A DNA stretch of 64,000 nucleotides from Terriglobus sp. (GTDB taxonomy: Bacteria > Acidobacteriota > Terriglobia > Terriglobales > Acidobacteriaceae): positions 342,622-406,621 of the forward strand of contig CBDARC010000003.1 of the NCBI GenBank assembly GCA_965199365.1. The letters are read 5' to 3'. The notes under the pieces were generated by a model. That model was not told where the DNA came from. It ran no database searches and saw only the letters and a program-made list of their open reading frames with translations. This document shows, in pieces, positions 21,456 to 31,234 of the stretch. The position numbers and the translations under genes were made by a program. Each line of letters begins with the position of its first letter. Within the stretch, counting starts at the first letter, position 1.

Positions 21456-22544
21456 ATGAAATGTTTTACTTGGGTTCGGTCGCGCCTGTGGGCGCGCGCT
21501 GTGCCCCTTCTCACCCTGGTCATCATAGGTTGCGGGTCGACCAACCCTGCGGACTTCGATCCGAAGCTGCAGTACGCGAGCATGTCGGCGGCGCTGCCCG
21601 ATCCGTTGGCCCACTACACCACGACCGGCGACGTAACACCCCTGCGCGATCCGTCGATCATTCACGTGGGCGGAACCTACTACCTCTTCAGCACCGATCT
21701 CAACAGCTCACTCGATGGCAACCACCTGCCGATCCGTTGCTCCTCTGACGCGATCAACTGGAAGATGTGCGGGTACGTGTTCTCGGACCGCCCCCAATGG
21801 GTCAAAAATGAGTACGCCGGGATCGCCGATCTTTGGGCTCCGGACATCTCTTATTTCAACGGTTTGTACCACGTCTATTACACCGTTGACCTCTACAATT
21901 CCAGCGCTGCATCCATCGGCCTGGCGACGAACACGACCCTCGATCCGGGCGATCCAAACTACAAGTGGGTGGACCAGGGCGAGATTTTAAACAGCGGAAG
22001 CACGCCATGGGTGGCTGCGATCGATCCCAACATCGTGACGGACGATGAAGGCAACGTCTGGCTGACGTACGGCAGTTATGCCACAGGCATCTTCCAGCAG
22101 CAGGTAGACCCTACGTCAGGACGTTTGATCCAGGGCGGCACCATTTATCACCTGGCCGAGCGGCCGGGATCGCCTGACGCTCCTATCGAAGCAGCGTCGA
22201 TCATCCATCACGGCGGCTACTACTACCTGTTTACCTCCGTGGATTACTGCTGCAGAAGTAATCCGGCTGACAGCGACTACAAAGAGGCAATGGGGCGATC
22301 GACCAGCGTGCATGGCCCATTTGTCACCATGCAGGGCAGTCCCATGCTGCAGGGCTATTCGACCGTTCTGCTTTCGAAGAACTCTGCCTGGAGTTCGGCG
22401 GGTGGCGGGACGGCGTACATCGATCCGGCAAACGGCGACACCATGATCGCGTTCCACGCATTCAATACACAGGCGAACTATGCCGTCCAGCTCTGGGTCA
22501 AGCACTTCACCTGGGTCAACGACTGGCCGCTGCTGGAGCAGTAA
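21456..22544 (+). CDS. GH43 endo-arabinanase-like lipoprotein
   Basis: IIGC lipobox-like signal; RDPSI, WAPDI, AIDP, IEA and YYYLF.S.DYCC motifs. Confidence 0.88.
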   Translation: MKCFTWVRSRLWARAVPLLTLVIIGCGSTNPADFDPKLQYASMSAALPDPLAHYTTTGDVTPLRDPSIIHVGGTYYLFSTDLNSSLDGNHLPIRCSSDAINWKMCGYVFSDRPQWVKNEYAGIADLWAPDISYFNGLYHVYYTVDLYNSSAASIGLATNTTLDPGDPNYKWVDQGEILNSGSTPWVAAIDPNIVTDDEGNVWLTYGSYATGIFQQQVDPTSGRLIQGGTIYHLAERPGSPDAPIEAASIIHHGGYYYLFTSVDYCCRSNPADSDYKEAMGRSTSVHGPFVTMQGSPMLQGYSTVLLSKNSAWSSAGGGTAYIDPANGDTMIAFHAFNTQANYAVQLWVKHFTWVNDWPLLEQ

Positions 22545-22547
22545 CGC

Positions 22548-23633
22548 TCACGGAACAACCGGCGCTGCCGTTGACTTGGCGGGCTTTTCTTGCGCCTGTC
22601 CCGGTAAGGTGTCGCGATCTTCATTCCAGTTGGTCACGATCGACCGCACCACCACGTCACCGACTCGAAACGCTGTATCGAGCGCCGGCAGAAAGGCACC
22701 GTAATGAGTGATCTTGGTTTCGGCAAGGCTCTCGGCGGCGGTGATGCCTTCACGTTGCTGGTCGTAGTTGCTCGCGGTGCGAAGCACCAGGACGCGGTTT
22801 ACGTCGACCTTGCCGGCGCGTGACAGCCACGTCAGCGACTGCAGCGTGCCCGTATCTTCCATGCCGCAGATGGCGTACGTTCCTTCGCCGCCGGTCTGGT
22901 ACTTCACCCAGTCCCGCGCCCATTGATTCATCAGCTTGCCGTGCCAGAATGTGCTGGCGCTCAGGTTGTCGCCGCGCAGCACAAATGGAGGGCGCTTTGC
23001 TATGTCTCCCGCAAAGCTTTGGCGACGCTCACGGATGTCGGTTGTGTCGGGCAGCTTTACGTTCTGTGTCAGCCGAAATGCCCAATCGACGAGCCGTGTA
23101 TTCAGATGGAATGCGATGCCGTTCTCGTCGGTGCGCGGCTGTTCGTAGGGCACGCTCTTGCGCAGCGGAACGTAGCCGGTAGGCCAATCCTTCGGAGCTT
23201 CGCGCGGATCGATCTCATGCGCGATGTCCCCATCAACCACCCAGTCAGACCAGACCGCCGAGCCGAGCGACCCCGTTTTCGGATCGATGCCTCCAATCCC
23301 CGCGATCAGCCAATAGGCATGCGTCAGGTCAAACCGGGGATCGCTGCCCAGGGCCATGATGGTCGATGCGGCACGCGCCGTGCCGATGCCGGTCACGATG
23401 CCGAGCACGCCATCGTCGTTCATCATCGCGTCGTGGTACGCGGACGGCAACGGAAAGCGCCGCGTCAGATGCTCGCCCTCGGCCCAGTGCTGAAACTCGC
23501 CAGGCGCGTCGCCGGTGTCGTTGCCAATCTCAAACATCGTGACGACGACCACTTTGACAGGAATGCGTGCGGGAACCTGCGCAGCGGCAGACAGACCGGC
23601 AAGCAGCAGAGGAGCAGCAAAAACGAGGCGCAT
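22548..23633 (-). CDS. NUP (purine nucleoside permease family) protein, secreted
   Basis: VVVVTMFEIG.DTGD.PGEFQ.W, RFDLT.AYWLIAGIGGIDP, MEDTG and VLVLRTASNYD motifs; signal peptide. Confidence 0.85.
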   Translation of the reverse strand: MRLVFAAPLLLAGLSAAAQVPARIPVKVVVVTMFEIGNDTGDAPGEFQHWAEGEHLTRRFPLPSAYHDAMMNDDGVLGIVTGIGTARAASTIMALGSDPRFDLTHAYWLIAGIGGIDPKTGSLGSAVWSDWVVDGDIAHEIDPREAPKDWPTGYVPLRKSVPYEQPRTDENGIAFHLNTRLVDWAFRLTQNVKLPDTTDIRERRQSFAGDIAKRPPFVLRGDNLSASTFWHGKLMNQWARDWVKYQTGGEGTYAICGMEDTGTLQSLTWLSRAGKVDVNRVLVLRTASNYDQQREGITAAESLAETKITHYGAFLPALDTAFRVGDVVVRSIVTNWNEDRDTLPGQAQEKPAKSTAAPVVP

Positions 23634-23674
23634 GAGGTCATGCTACCGCTTCGTGGTCTGCTGCAAATTCGGCT

Positions 23675-24382
23675 TTAAGCCTTTGGAAAGGGGTTGCTGT
23701 ACAGGTTGTCCACCAGCCGCTTGGTAACGCTGTAGCAATCGCACGAAGCCTCGATCAGGCGGGGGCGATCGATGATCTCGACACGGGCGCGCCTATAGCG
23801 AATAAGGCCGTTGCGTTGCAGTGCACCAGCAACAAGGGCGACGGTCGTGCGGCGCGTGCCCAGCATCTGGGACAGCGTTTCCTGCGTCAGGTTGACGGTG
23901 TCCTGCTCCAGGCGATCGGCCGCGGTCAGCAGCCACCGCGCCAGCCGTTCGGATGCCTGGTGCAGGCGGTTGCAACCGGCGATCTGGCTGAGGGTCAGCA
24001 TCTGCTGCTGCACCGATTGCAGGGCCAGGCTGCGAATCTCTTCTGATTCATCAAACAGCCGCCGCAAGTCAGCCATCGGAATGCGATAGCCCATTCCGTT
24101 CACCTGCATCATGCAATCGGCCACGGGAGCGTAGGTGCCAAGCAACGCTGGTCCGCCCATCAGCGCTTCCGTGCCGTTCATGCCGATCTCGGCTGACCCA
24201 CCGTCTTTTACGCCGACAACATACGACGCGACGCCCTCGGTCAGCAGGTACGCGTAGTGGATCGGCTCGTCTGCTTTGGCCAGCAGCGTGCCTTGTGTCA
24301 ACTCCACCATCCGGGCATGGGCGAGCACCTGAGCGCGTGCCGCAGGGCTAAGTGCCTCGATCAACCGGTTCGTTTTTGGCAT
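23675..24382 (-). CDS. Crp/Fnr family transcriptional regulator A
   Basis: cNMP-binding-like N-domain, CNRLH...RLARWLL, HTH LTQETLSQMLGTRRTTV, C-terminal SCDCY; AAGGAGG SD. Confidence 0.9.
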   Translation of the reverse strand: MPKTNRLIEALSPAARAQVLAHARMVELTQGTLLAKADEPIHYAYLLTEGVASYVVGVKDGGSAEIGMNGTEALMGGPALLGTYAPVADCMMQVNGMGYRIPMADLRRLFDESEEIRSLALQSVQQQMLTLSQIAGCNRLHQASERLARWLLTAADRLEQDTVNLTQETLSQMLGTRRTTVALVAGALQRNGLIRYRRARVEIIDRPRLIEASCDCYSVTKRLVDNLYSNPFPKA

Positions 24383-24719
24383 AGCTCCTCCTTCGCGGCC
24401 GCTCGGGCAGGCAACTGCGGACCTAAACCCATCCGTGTGTTACTGATGCAAGCTTTGAGGGGCGTCGCCATACGTTACAAACCGGATATTACGGTTGACT
24501 CCTCGCCGCTGACTGTCTGCTGTGTAACACTGCAAACAAGGTTGGCGTCTTTTCAGCCAAATCGAGCCACAAAATCCCGTATCTGTCGGCTGAACAACAT
24601 ACTTAGGCCGACTAAACGACTTAACGTACGAAGGCCGAACCCTTTAGGTTCGGTGTTCACGTTGCCATCAGCGCGCCCCCCGGCGCTCCTTGCAGCCTGT
24701 GCAATCTGCAAGGAGCTTC

Positions 24720-25412
24720 ATGGCACCCCTTGGTAATCGCCTGCTCGACAGTCTTTCTCCCTCCCTCGTAGAGGCGATCATGGCTGCTTCACGAATCGTG
24801 GATCTGCCACAGCGGACCATGATGGCCCTTTCGGGAGAAGTGCCTCCCTATTGTTATTTGTTGACGCAGGGTGTCGCTTCTATTGTCGTCACGATGCCGG
24901 AAGGTGGGTCGGCTGAAGTCGGCATGGTCGGCAACGAGGGTCTTGTCGGAGCCGTTGCCCTGCTGGGTCCATCTGCGGGCGCGGCGGAAACGTTCATGCA
25001 GATCGATGGCAGGGGCTTCCGCATCCCGACCAAGGTGATGCGTAGCATGTTCGACGACTCGGGCGAACTGCGCTCCCGTGTCCTGCAGTTCGTCCAGTTT
25101 CAGCTGAACGTCACCGGCCAGATCTCCGCCTGCAACCGGCTGTATGAGGCCGAGGCCCGGCTGGCACGATGGCTGCTGACCGCTTCTGATCTCACCCAGT
25201 CGGACATGCTCAAGCTGACGCAGGAGTTCCTCGCGCAGATGCTGGGCAGCCAGCGCACCACGGTCGCCCTGGTCGCAGGCATTCTGCAGAACCGCGGTCT
25301 CATCCAGTACAGCCGCGGAAAAGTCCGCATCCTGAACCGGGACGGTCTGGAAAAGGCGGCTGCCGAGGGCTATCGCGTGACCAAAGATGCACTGCAAAAG
25401 CTCTATCTCTAA
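24720..25412 (+). CDS. Crp/Fnr family transcriptional regulator B
   Basis: AAGGAG SD before ATG 24720; ACNRLY...RLARWLL, HTH LTQEFLAQMLGSQRTTV. Confidence 0.9.
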   Translation: MAPLGNRLLDSLSPSLVEAIMAASRIVDLPQRTMMALSGEVPPYCYLLTQGVASIVVTMPEGGSAEVGMVGNEGLVGAVALLGPSAGAAETFMQIDGRGFRIPTKVMRSMFDDSGELRSRVLQFVQFQLNVTGQISACNRLYEAEARLARWLLTASDLTQSDMLKLTQEFLAQMLGSQRTTVALVAGILQNRGLIQYSRGKVRILNRDGLEKAAAEGYRVTKDALQKLYL

Positions 25413-25515
25413 GGTTTTTGCTGCATCAAGGACTTCGCGCCGATATGTTTGGTATAAGGCAGACGCGCTCTCTGCCAAGTTTCAGACTTTGATAGCTTCC
25501 GGTTAGGAGAAAACC

Positions 25516-25899
25516 ATGTCAGGCGGTCACGATGGTAAATCGTCGGTGCTGTCATTCAGTCGTGATTCGACTCTTCTGATGACGCGAACGTTGCTTCTGG
25601 AGCGCGCCGGATGCACGGTCATCGGGGCTGCGAACCTGCAGGAGTTTCGCACACGCCTGCTCAGCCAGCCAGTCGACCTGATCCTGCTGTGCCAGTCTAT
25701 TTCCGCTGAAGAATGTGAGTCGGCTGCGAACTTCGCCAGGGAGCACGCTCCATCAGCCCGCCTGCTCCTCATGTTCACGCGCATCGGAAAGTGTGTTCCC
25801 GACCAGGCCGACGTTCTGCTGGACGCGCATGCCGGTCCCAGGGTGTTCGTCGAGACAGCGCAGCGCATGCTGGCCAATTCTGCCAGCCATTCGCTCTAG
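25516..25899 (+). CDS. Stand-alone atypical receiver-domain protein
   Basis: AGGAG SD; receiver-like pattern (LLERAGCTV, VDLILLC) but lacks the acidic pair and the phospho-Asp. Confidence 0.65.
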   Translation: MSGGHDGKSSVLSFSRDSTLLMTRTLLLERAGCTVIGAANLQEFRTRLLSQPVDLILLCQSISAEECESAANFAREHAPSARLLLMFTRIGKCVPDQADVLLDAHAGPRVFVETAQRMLANSASHSL

Positions 25900-26600
25900 A
25901 CACCCTTCTTTTGCGGCTCCCAGATAAACTTGTGTACCTGCAGCGACAGCCTCGCAGGCAATCCATCCTCCAGCATCCATCCCACCAGCTCACGCGCGTC
26001 CAGTTCCATGTTGTCGGCGATCCGCAGCGGCGAAGGCTGTTGCAGGAAAGCTGGTGACAGCAGGATGGAGCCAAGTGTGCCTTCAGCCATCCTCGTCGCG
26101 AGATGTTCGCGAATGAAGTCACGCGCAAAGTCGTAGTCGCGCCGGTCGCGTAGCACAAACTTCACCTCGTCACGCACGCTGAGCGTGTCCAGGTTGCTCA
26201 TGCGGAACGAACCGAATGCGCTGCCGCTGCCGGGACATTTCACATCGACGATCTTGTGTACCGCAGGCGGAACTTCGCCCAGCGGACGCTCGCCGCTGGT
26301 CTCCATCATCAGCGTGTAGCGGGTCTTCGGGTCGGCCAGCAGGCGATGCATCAGGGGCAGCAGCTCGCGCTCGTGCAGCATGGGCTCGCCACCGGTGAAC
26401 TCGATCAGCGGGCACGGCGCCAGGCCTTCGATTTGCGCGACGACTTCGTCCTCGGTAAACGGCTGGCCGCCGGTGAAGGTATAGGTCGAATCACACCACG
26501 AGCAACGCAGGTTACACCCGGCAAACCGCACAAAAATGCACGGCACACCGGTGAAAGACGACTCGCCCTGCACGGATTTGTAGAGTTCGATCAGGCGCAT
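25896..26600 (-). CDS. queE: 7-carboxy-7-deazaguanine synthase (radical SAM)
   Basis: ELYKSVQGE, FVRFAGCNLRCSWCDS (CxxxCxxC), TGGEP, ETSG, DVKCPGSG and SLQVHKFIW motifs. Start set to ATG 26600. Confidence 0.92.
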   Translation of the reverse strand: MRLIELYKSVQGESSFTGVPCIFVRFAGCNLRCSWCDSTYTFTGGQPFTEDEVVAQIEGLAPCPLIEFTGGEPMLHERELLPLMHRLLADPKTRYTLMMETSGERPLGEVPPAVHKIVDVKCPGSGSAFGSFRMSNLDTLSVRDEVKFVLRDRRDYDFARDFIREHLATRMAEGTLGSILLSPAFLQQPSPLRIADNMELDARELVGWMLEDGLPARLSLQVHKFIWEPQKKGV

Positions 26601-26685
26601 AAGCGAGAGGGCGGTGCCATGAGCGCCGCTCTTATTGTTGTACCAACAGGCGGGGGCGGCAAGCCCGCGATACACTAACAGCCGA

Positions 26686-27501
26686 ATGGAAGCGCAGACC
26701 AGGACAGATGCCGTGGCGACCACCGCGGAAGAAGAACGCCACGAAACTCTGCCGGAGTCGCTCGCCGGGCTGGCCTATGTGCTGGTCGCGGGCCTGTTCG
26801 TAATGACGTTTCTGTTTCAGAATTTCGCCATTCCATCCGGCTCCATGAAGAACACGCTGCTGGTCGGCGACCACGTTGTGGTGGATCGCATCACGCTTGC
26901 TCCTCGCACGAAGTGGATGCCGCTCGAGTTCCAGCGCCCGGTGCGCCGCGGTGACGTGATCGTCTTCGTCAAGCCGAATCCTGAAACGCCCGACCTGATC
27001 CTTGTGAAGCGCGCCATCGGCCTGCCGGGCGACCGCATTCACCTGGAACACGGCATCCTCTTCCGCAACGGCGAACGCGTTGACGAACCGCAGATCTCCG
27101 TGCCCGCAGACGACGGCATGCCCACCCACAGCTACCAGACGGCGCGTGACGACTTTCCGCGCGACCTCGAGGGCATTGCCGCCGAAGCCGCCGCGAACAA
27201 CGCGGCAGGCTGGTCCGTAGACATCCGTAACCACGTGCAGAACGGCGAGATTGTCGTCCCCCCTGACTCTGTCTTCGCGATGGGCGACAACCGGCTTGAG
27301 AGCCTGGACTCACGGTTCTGGGGCTTCGTGCCAATGGCGAACCTGATCGGCCGGCCCATGTTTGTCTACTGGTCCTTCATCACGCCGGAGGACCAGGCAG
27401 AGAAAACCGGCACGGGTAACACTGTCGGCTGGCTGACGCACGAGCTCACACACTTCATCAGCGACACACGTTGGAAGCGCACCTTCCATCGCATCCAGTA
27501 G
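26686..27501 (+). CDS. lepB: Signal peptidase I
   Basis: TM anchor, IPSGSM (catalytic Ser), RGDVIVF, VKRAIGLPGD (catalytic Lys) and MGDNRLESLDSRFWG motifs. Confidence 0.93.
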   Translation: MEAQTRTDAVATTAEEERHETLPESLAGLAYVLVAGLFVMTFLFQNFAIPSGSMKNTLLVGDHVVVDRITLAPRTKWMPLEFQRPVRRGDVIVFVKPNPETPDLILVKRAIGLPGDRIHLEHGILFRNGERVDEPQISVPADDGMPTHSYQTARDDFPRDLEGIAAEAAANNAAGWSVDIRNHVQNGEIVVPPDSVFAMGDNRLESLDSRFWGFVPMANLIGRPMFVYWSFITPEDQAEKTGTGNTVGWLTHELTHFISDTRWKRTFHRIQ

Positions 27502-27510
27502 TCTTCTCTC

Positions 27511-29250
27511 GTGCCGCACGAGTTAGAACACACGTCGACGAACGCATCGGCAGACGAAGCCCCATTGTGGTCGCCTGCCACGCACAGGCGCTTTCTGCTG
27601 GCCTTTATCGCGGTGCTGTGCGTCGTGCTGCTGGTGGTGCTGCCGCCGTACATCAGCCTGAATCGCTATCAGCGCCGTGTCGCCATGGCGATCAGCGGCG
27701 CTCTGGGCAGGCCCGTACACTTTGACCGCATCTCTCTGCATCTGCTGCCGCTCCCCGGTCTGACGATTGAAAATTTTGTCGTCAGCGAGAGCCCGGAGTA
27801 CGGCGCGGAACCGGTTTTGCGTGCCAACGTTGTCGAGGCACGGCTTCGCTTTGCTTCCCTTTGGCGCCGGCGCATCGAGGTCTCGCGAATCAGCCTGGAT
27901 GCACCCAGTGTCAACCTGGTACGCCGCGCAGACACGGGCACATGGAACCTGCAGGGTATCGTGATGCAGGCGTCACAGATGGACTCCGCACCGACGGCGC
28001 AGCGCCGCGCCGGCCCCGCTCCGCGCTTCCCCTATATCGAGGCCACAGACGCCCGCATCAACCTCAAGAACGGCATCGATAAAATGCCATTCTCGGTGAA
28101 AGAGGCGGACTTTGCCCTGTGGCTGCCCGAGCCCGGTGAGTGGCGCGTGCGGCTCTCGGGCAGGCCCGTTCGCACCGACACCGATGTCAGCGATGTGGGC
28201 CTGCTGCGCGTCGAAGGCACGCTCGGCCGCGCAAACGACGTGGCCGCTGCCACGGTCAACCTGACCGCAAACTGGAAACCAACACCGCTGGGCGAGGCCG
28301 CCAAACTAACAGCAGGCTACGATCTGGGCTGGCGCGGCGCAGCCTCGGCCGATGCCAGCCTGCATGGCACCATCGGCCACGCAAAGCTCACGGCAGACGC
28401 GCATCTGCGCAACCTTCGCCGAGCCGACTTCTACCCGGAACACACGCTGGACATCGACACCCACTGCGAAGCCACCACCAGCGGTCTGTTGCGCAGCCTG
28501 CAGGACATTCGCTGCGCCATACCCACCAGCAGCGATAGCTCGATCCTTGGTATCTTCGACGGGCTGCGAAGCACCACAACGGAGGATGGCACAACCCCCG
28601 GTGTCCTTCGCATTACCGGCGATTTGCCGAATCTGCTGGACTGGCGCACCGCAGATCTTCACGCCACGCTGAAGGGTGCCAGGCCGGGATATGCGCTTGC
28701 ATGGATGCGCCTGTTTACCGGGCGTATACCGCGTGATGTGCGGGTCGATGGTTCGTTGAGCCTGGTCGCCAGAAAGCCCGGCACAGAAGCAAACTGGACC
28801 GGCCTGGTGGTCTGCGCATGCGTGCTGACACCACCTCCTGCGCCGAACGGTCCACAACCCACGGAAAACGGCAGCAACGCGAACAAGCCGCTGCGGTGGA
28901 CTATCGAACTCTCGCACGCCGAGGGGGCTGACCCGCTTTCGTTGGACGGAGCGATCGCTGTCACACCAGTTACCGACTCGACGATCACAGAAGCGAACAG
29001 CGAGGCCGAAGAAGCCCTCGCGGACGGCAAGCTGCTGGCACGGATCGATCTGACCCGCACCGAGCTTGCCGTCGTCTACACGGCTGCCGAAAATGCAAAA
29101 ACCGCGGCGCAGATCCTGCCATTTCTGGCAGACAATCTGCCTGATGACGCGACCGGCACTATCCGCTCAGCCCGCACGTGGAGCGGCTTCCAGGCCTGGA
29201 CGTTGCCCGCGCCTCCGCGCAGCAGACCCGCCTCACACCGCCGGCGTTAA
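27511..29250 (+). CDS. AsmA family protein
   Basis: N-terminal TM followed by LGRPV....ISL.LLP.P, and L.APSVNLVR...G.WN, typical of AsmA N-termini. Confidence 0.8.
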   Translation: MPHELEHTSTNASADEAPLWSPATHRRFLLAFIAVLCVVLLVVLPPYISLNRYQRRVAMAISGALGRPVHFDRISLHLLPLPGLTIENFVVSESPEYGAEPVLRANVVEARLRFASLWRRRIEVSRISLDAPSVNLVRRADTGTWNLQGIVMQASQMDSAPTAQRRAGPAPRFPYIEATDARINLKNGIDKMPFSVKEADFALWLPEPGEWRVRLSGRPVRTDTDVSDVGLLRVEGTLGRANDVAAATVNLTANWKPTPLGEAAKLTAGYDLGWRGAASADASLHGTIGHAKLTADAHLRNLRRADFYPEHTLDIDTHCEATTSGLLRSLQDIRCAIPTSSDSSILGIFDGLRSTTTEDGTTPGVLRITGDLPNLLDWRTADLHATLKGARPGYALAWMRLFTGRIPRDVRVDGSLSLVARKPGTEANWTGLVVCACVLTPPPAPNGPQPTENGSNANKPLRWTIELSHAEGADPLSLDGAIAVTPVTDSTITEANSEAEEALADGKLLARIDLTRTELAVVYTAAENAKTAAQILPFLADNLPDDATGTIRSARTWSGFQAWTLPAPPRSRPASHRRR

Positions 29251-29254
29251 GCGG

Positions 29255-31096
29255 CTAGCGCAATCCGGCGGCCAGCAGCGCCGTAGAAATGTGGCGTCGC
29301 TTCGGCGGCACGGTCCTGGCCTGCTGCAGCCTGCGTGATGGGGCCTCCTCAACGGCCGGCGTCTCGCGCTGCACCGGCTGTGGAGCGTAGCGGCGATACA
29401 CGCTGATGTGGAAGCAGCTCTGCAGGAACTCCTCCTCCACGTCGATCTTGCCGTCGTTCTCGACCGGCGTCAGCCACGCACGCATCCACGCGATCTCTGT
29501 GACGCTCATGCCGTGCTTGGCCAGGTCAATCGCCTGCCCATACAGGTGCGGCGACGCGACATCGCCGGTCGGCGGGGCGGCATTGCCGTTCACCAGGACA
29601 AGGTGCCGCTGGAACGCCACAGTTCGCACCGCCGAGGTGATCACCAGCGGCGTATGAAAGCGAGCATAGTGTGCCTGTGCCAGGTCATCGAGGAACTTGA
29701 CCGTCCACGGCCTCGCGTACCGGCGGTTCAGGGGCAGCCGCCCGTCGGGCTGGATGCTGTCGGTATCCGGCAGCGCAATCAGCAACTTGTGCCGCTGCAT
29801 ATCGGCGAGCTGTGCGTCATTGGACACACGCAGCAGACCATCGGCAACGGCCATCTGGTTCTGGTGGACAAGGATGATGTGCGATCCGCGCATGGGCGCG
29901 ATCAGCTTGTCCGGCGTGAAAGGATCACCCTGCAGTCCCGGTGCTTCGTTCAGCACCGCAGTCGCGGGCCGCTCGGCGAGCTTGGTGTTGGCCGTGCTGC
30001 CCATCAGCGCGGTCGCGGATCGATCGCTCAGGCCAACGCCATCGCTGTCATCCAATGCCTCGCGGGCCATTGTGTCTGCGACTCCAGTGTTGGGTTTTGA
30101 CTTAATCGGGGCGATCGCCACAGCTTTTGCCGCAGGTGGCTGCGCTCCGGCCACTGCCGCAGGCGGCGAGGCATGTGACTTTGCCACTCCTGTTGTTGTC
30201 GAAGGAGTCACAGCGAGCAGGTCGCCGTGCGTGAATGGAGCGGGCACGCGCTCGGTCGGAGCGGTGCTGGGAATCCGGCTCTCCTCGTGGATTGCCGCCG
30301 CATCATCTTCAGTTGAAGAGTCCACCGACGCCGCAACGTTGATTGGCGGTGTTGTGGGGCTCGCTGCGACTCGAGACTTCGCAGGAGCCGCCTCGGCCGA
30401 GTCACTCGTCGATGCGGCTTTCGAAGTCGAAGCGGTTGGTGGCGTGGCCACGGGTGCTTTCGCGGGCGCTACGCTGGGAGCAGTCACAATCGGGGCTTTC
30501 GCAGCAAACTCCGCAGCGGCGCGAGCCTGGTACCAGGCGCGAACCCGCTCCTCGGCGGCGTGATCCACAGCATCGTGCGCAGCCGTCTCTGACACAGGAG
30601 CTTTAGGCTGCGCCGCTGGTTTCAGGGGGTGCGAAGCCGCCGTCTGGATTGCCCTGGCGCTACGTTCCGCCTCGCGCGGGCTCTCAGCCACGCGTTGTGC
30701 GCTTCGGCGACCAGGGGGCAGCGAGGACTTATCTGCGGCGCGGGTGAGAACGTGCGGCCGATCAGCGGAAACAGACGCATCCTTCAGGCGTGCGCTAGAG
30801 ACGTGGCGTGAGCTAGGGCCTTGGCGTGAGCTGGAGACGGGCACTGGCCTCGCAGGAGATGCCGTCGCGCTTGTCGCGTGACCTTTGGCCGTCTTTGCCG
30901 CAGGATGCGAGCTGGGCTCAGCGTGTGCAGCAGCCTGGGCCGCATGTGCATGCGGTGCCGCGGCATGCCTGGGCAGCGCGTGCAGCGAGAGCGTCACGGC
31001 CGCGCACGCAAGACACGCGCACGCGCGGGCGAGCCGAGGGACCGATCCGTTTGGGGGTGCGGACATGCCGTTGGCACGGCCGCGGAGAACCAACAT
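29255..31096 (-). CDS. DUF5715-like protein: long Ala/Pro/Ser linker plus C-terminal peptidase M15-like domain
   Basis: C-terminal TSAVRT..FQ..L, ASPH..G.AIDL and CFHISV (H-x6-D ... H Zn-type motif). Start uncertain (31096 or ATG near 31066). Confidence 0.75.
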   Translation of the reverse strand: MLVLRGRANGMSAPPNGSVPRLARACACLACAAVTLSLHALPRHAAAPHAHAAQAAAHAEPSSHPAAKTAKGHATSATASPARPVPVSSSRQGPSSRHVSSARLKDASVSADRPHVLTRAADKSSLPPGRRSAQRVAESPREAERSARAIQTAASHPLKPAAQPKAPVSETAAHDAVDHAAEERVRAWYQARAAAEFAAKAPIVTAPSVAPAKAPVATPPTASTSKAASTSDSAEAAPAKSRVAASPTTPPINVAASVDSSTEDDAAAIHEESRIPSTAPTERVPAPFTHGDLLAVTPSTTTGVAKSHASPPAAVAGAQPPAAKAVAIAPIKSKPNTGVADTMAREALDDSDGVGLSDRSATALMGSTANTKLAERPATAVLNEAPGLQGDPFTPDKLIAPMRGSHIILVHQNQMAVADGLLRVSNDAQLADMQRHKLLIALPDTDSIQPDGRLPLNRRYARPWTVKFLDDLAQAHYARFHTPLVITSAVRTVAFQRHLVLVNGNAAPPTGDVASPHLYGQAIDLAKHGMSVTEIAWMRAWLTPVENDGKIDVEEEFLQSCFHISVYRRYAPQPVQRETPAVEEAPSRRLQQARTVPPKRRHISTALLAAGLR

Positions 31097-31234
31097 CAGA
31101 GCTCCCCCAGACTAGGCCAAGATGTTCGGCAGGTGAAGTGCCGACCCTGATACGTGCCGCAACAGTAAAGCTCCTATCCCGATCGCGCCGGATCTGCCGG
31201 ACCGCTCGCGTAACCTAAAAGGTGGGGTTCGTAT

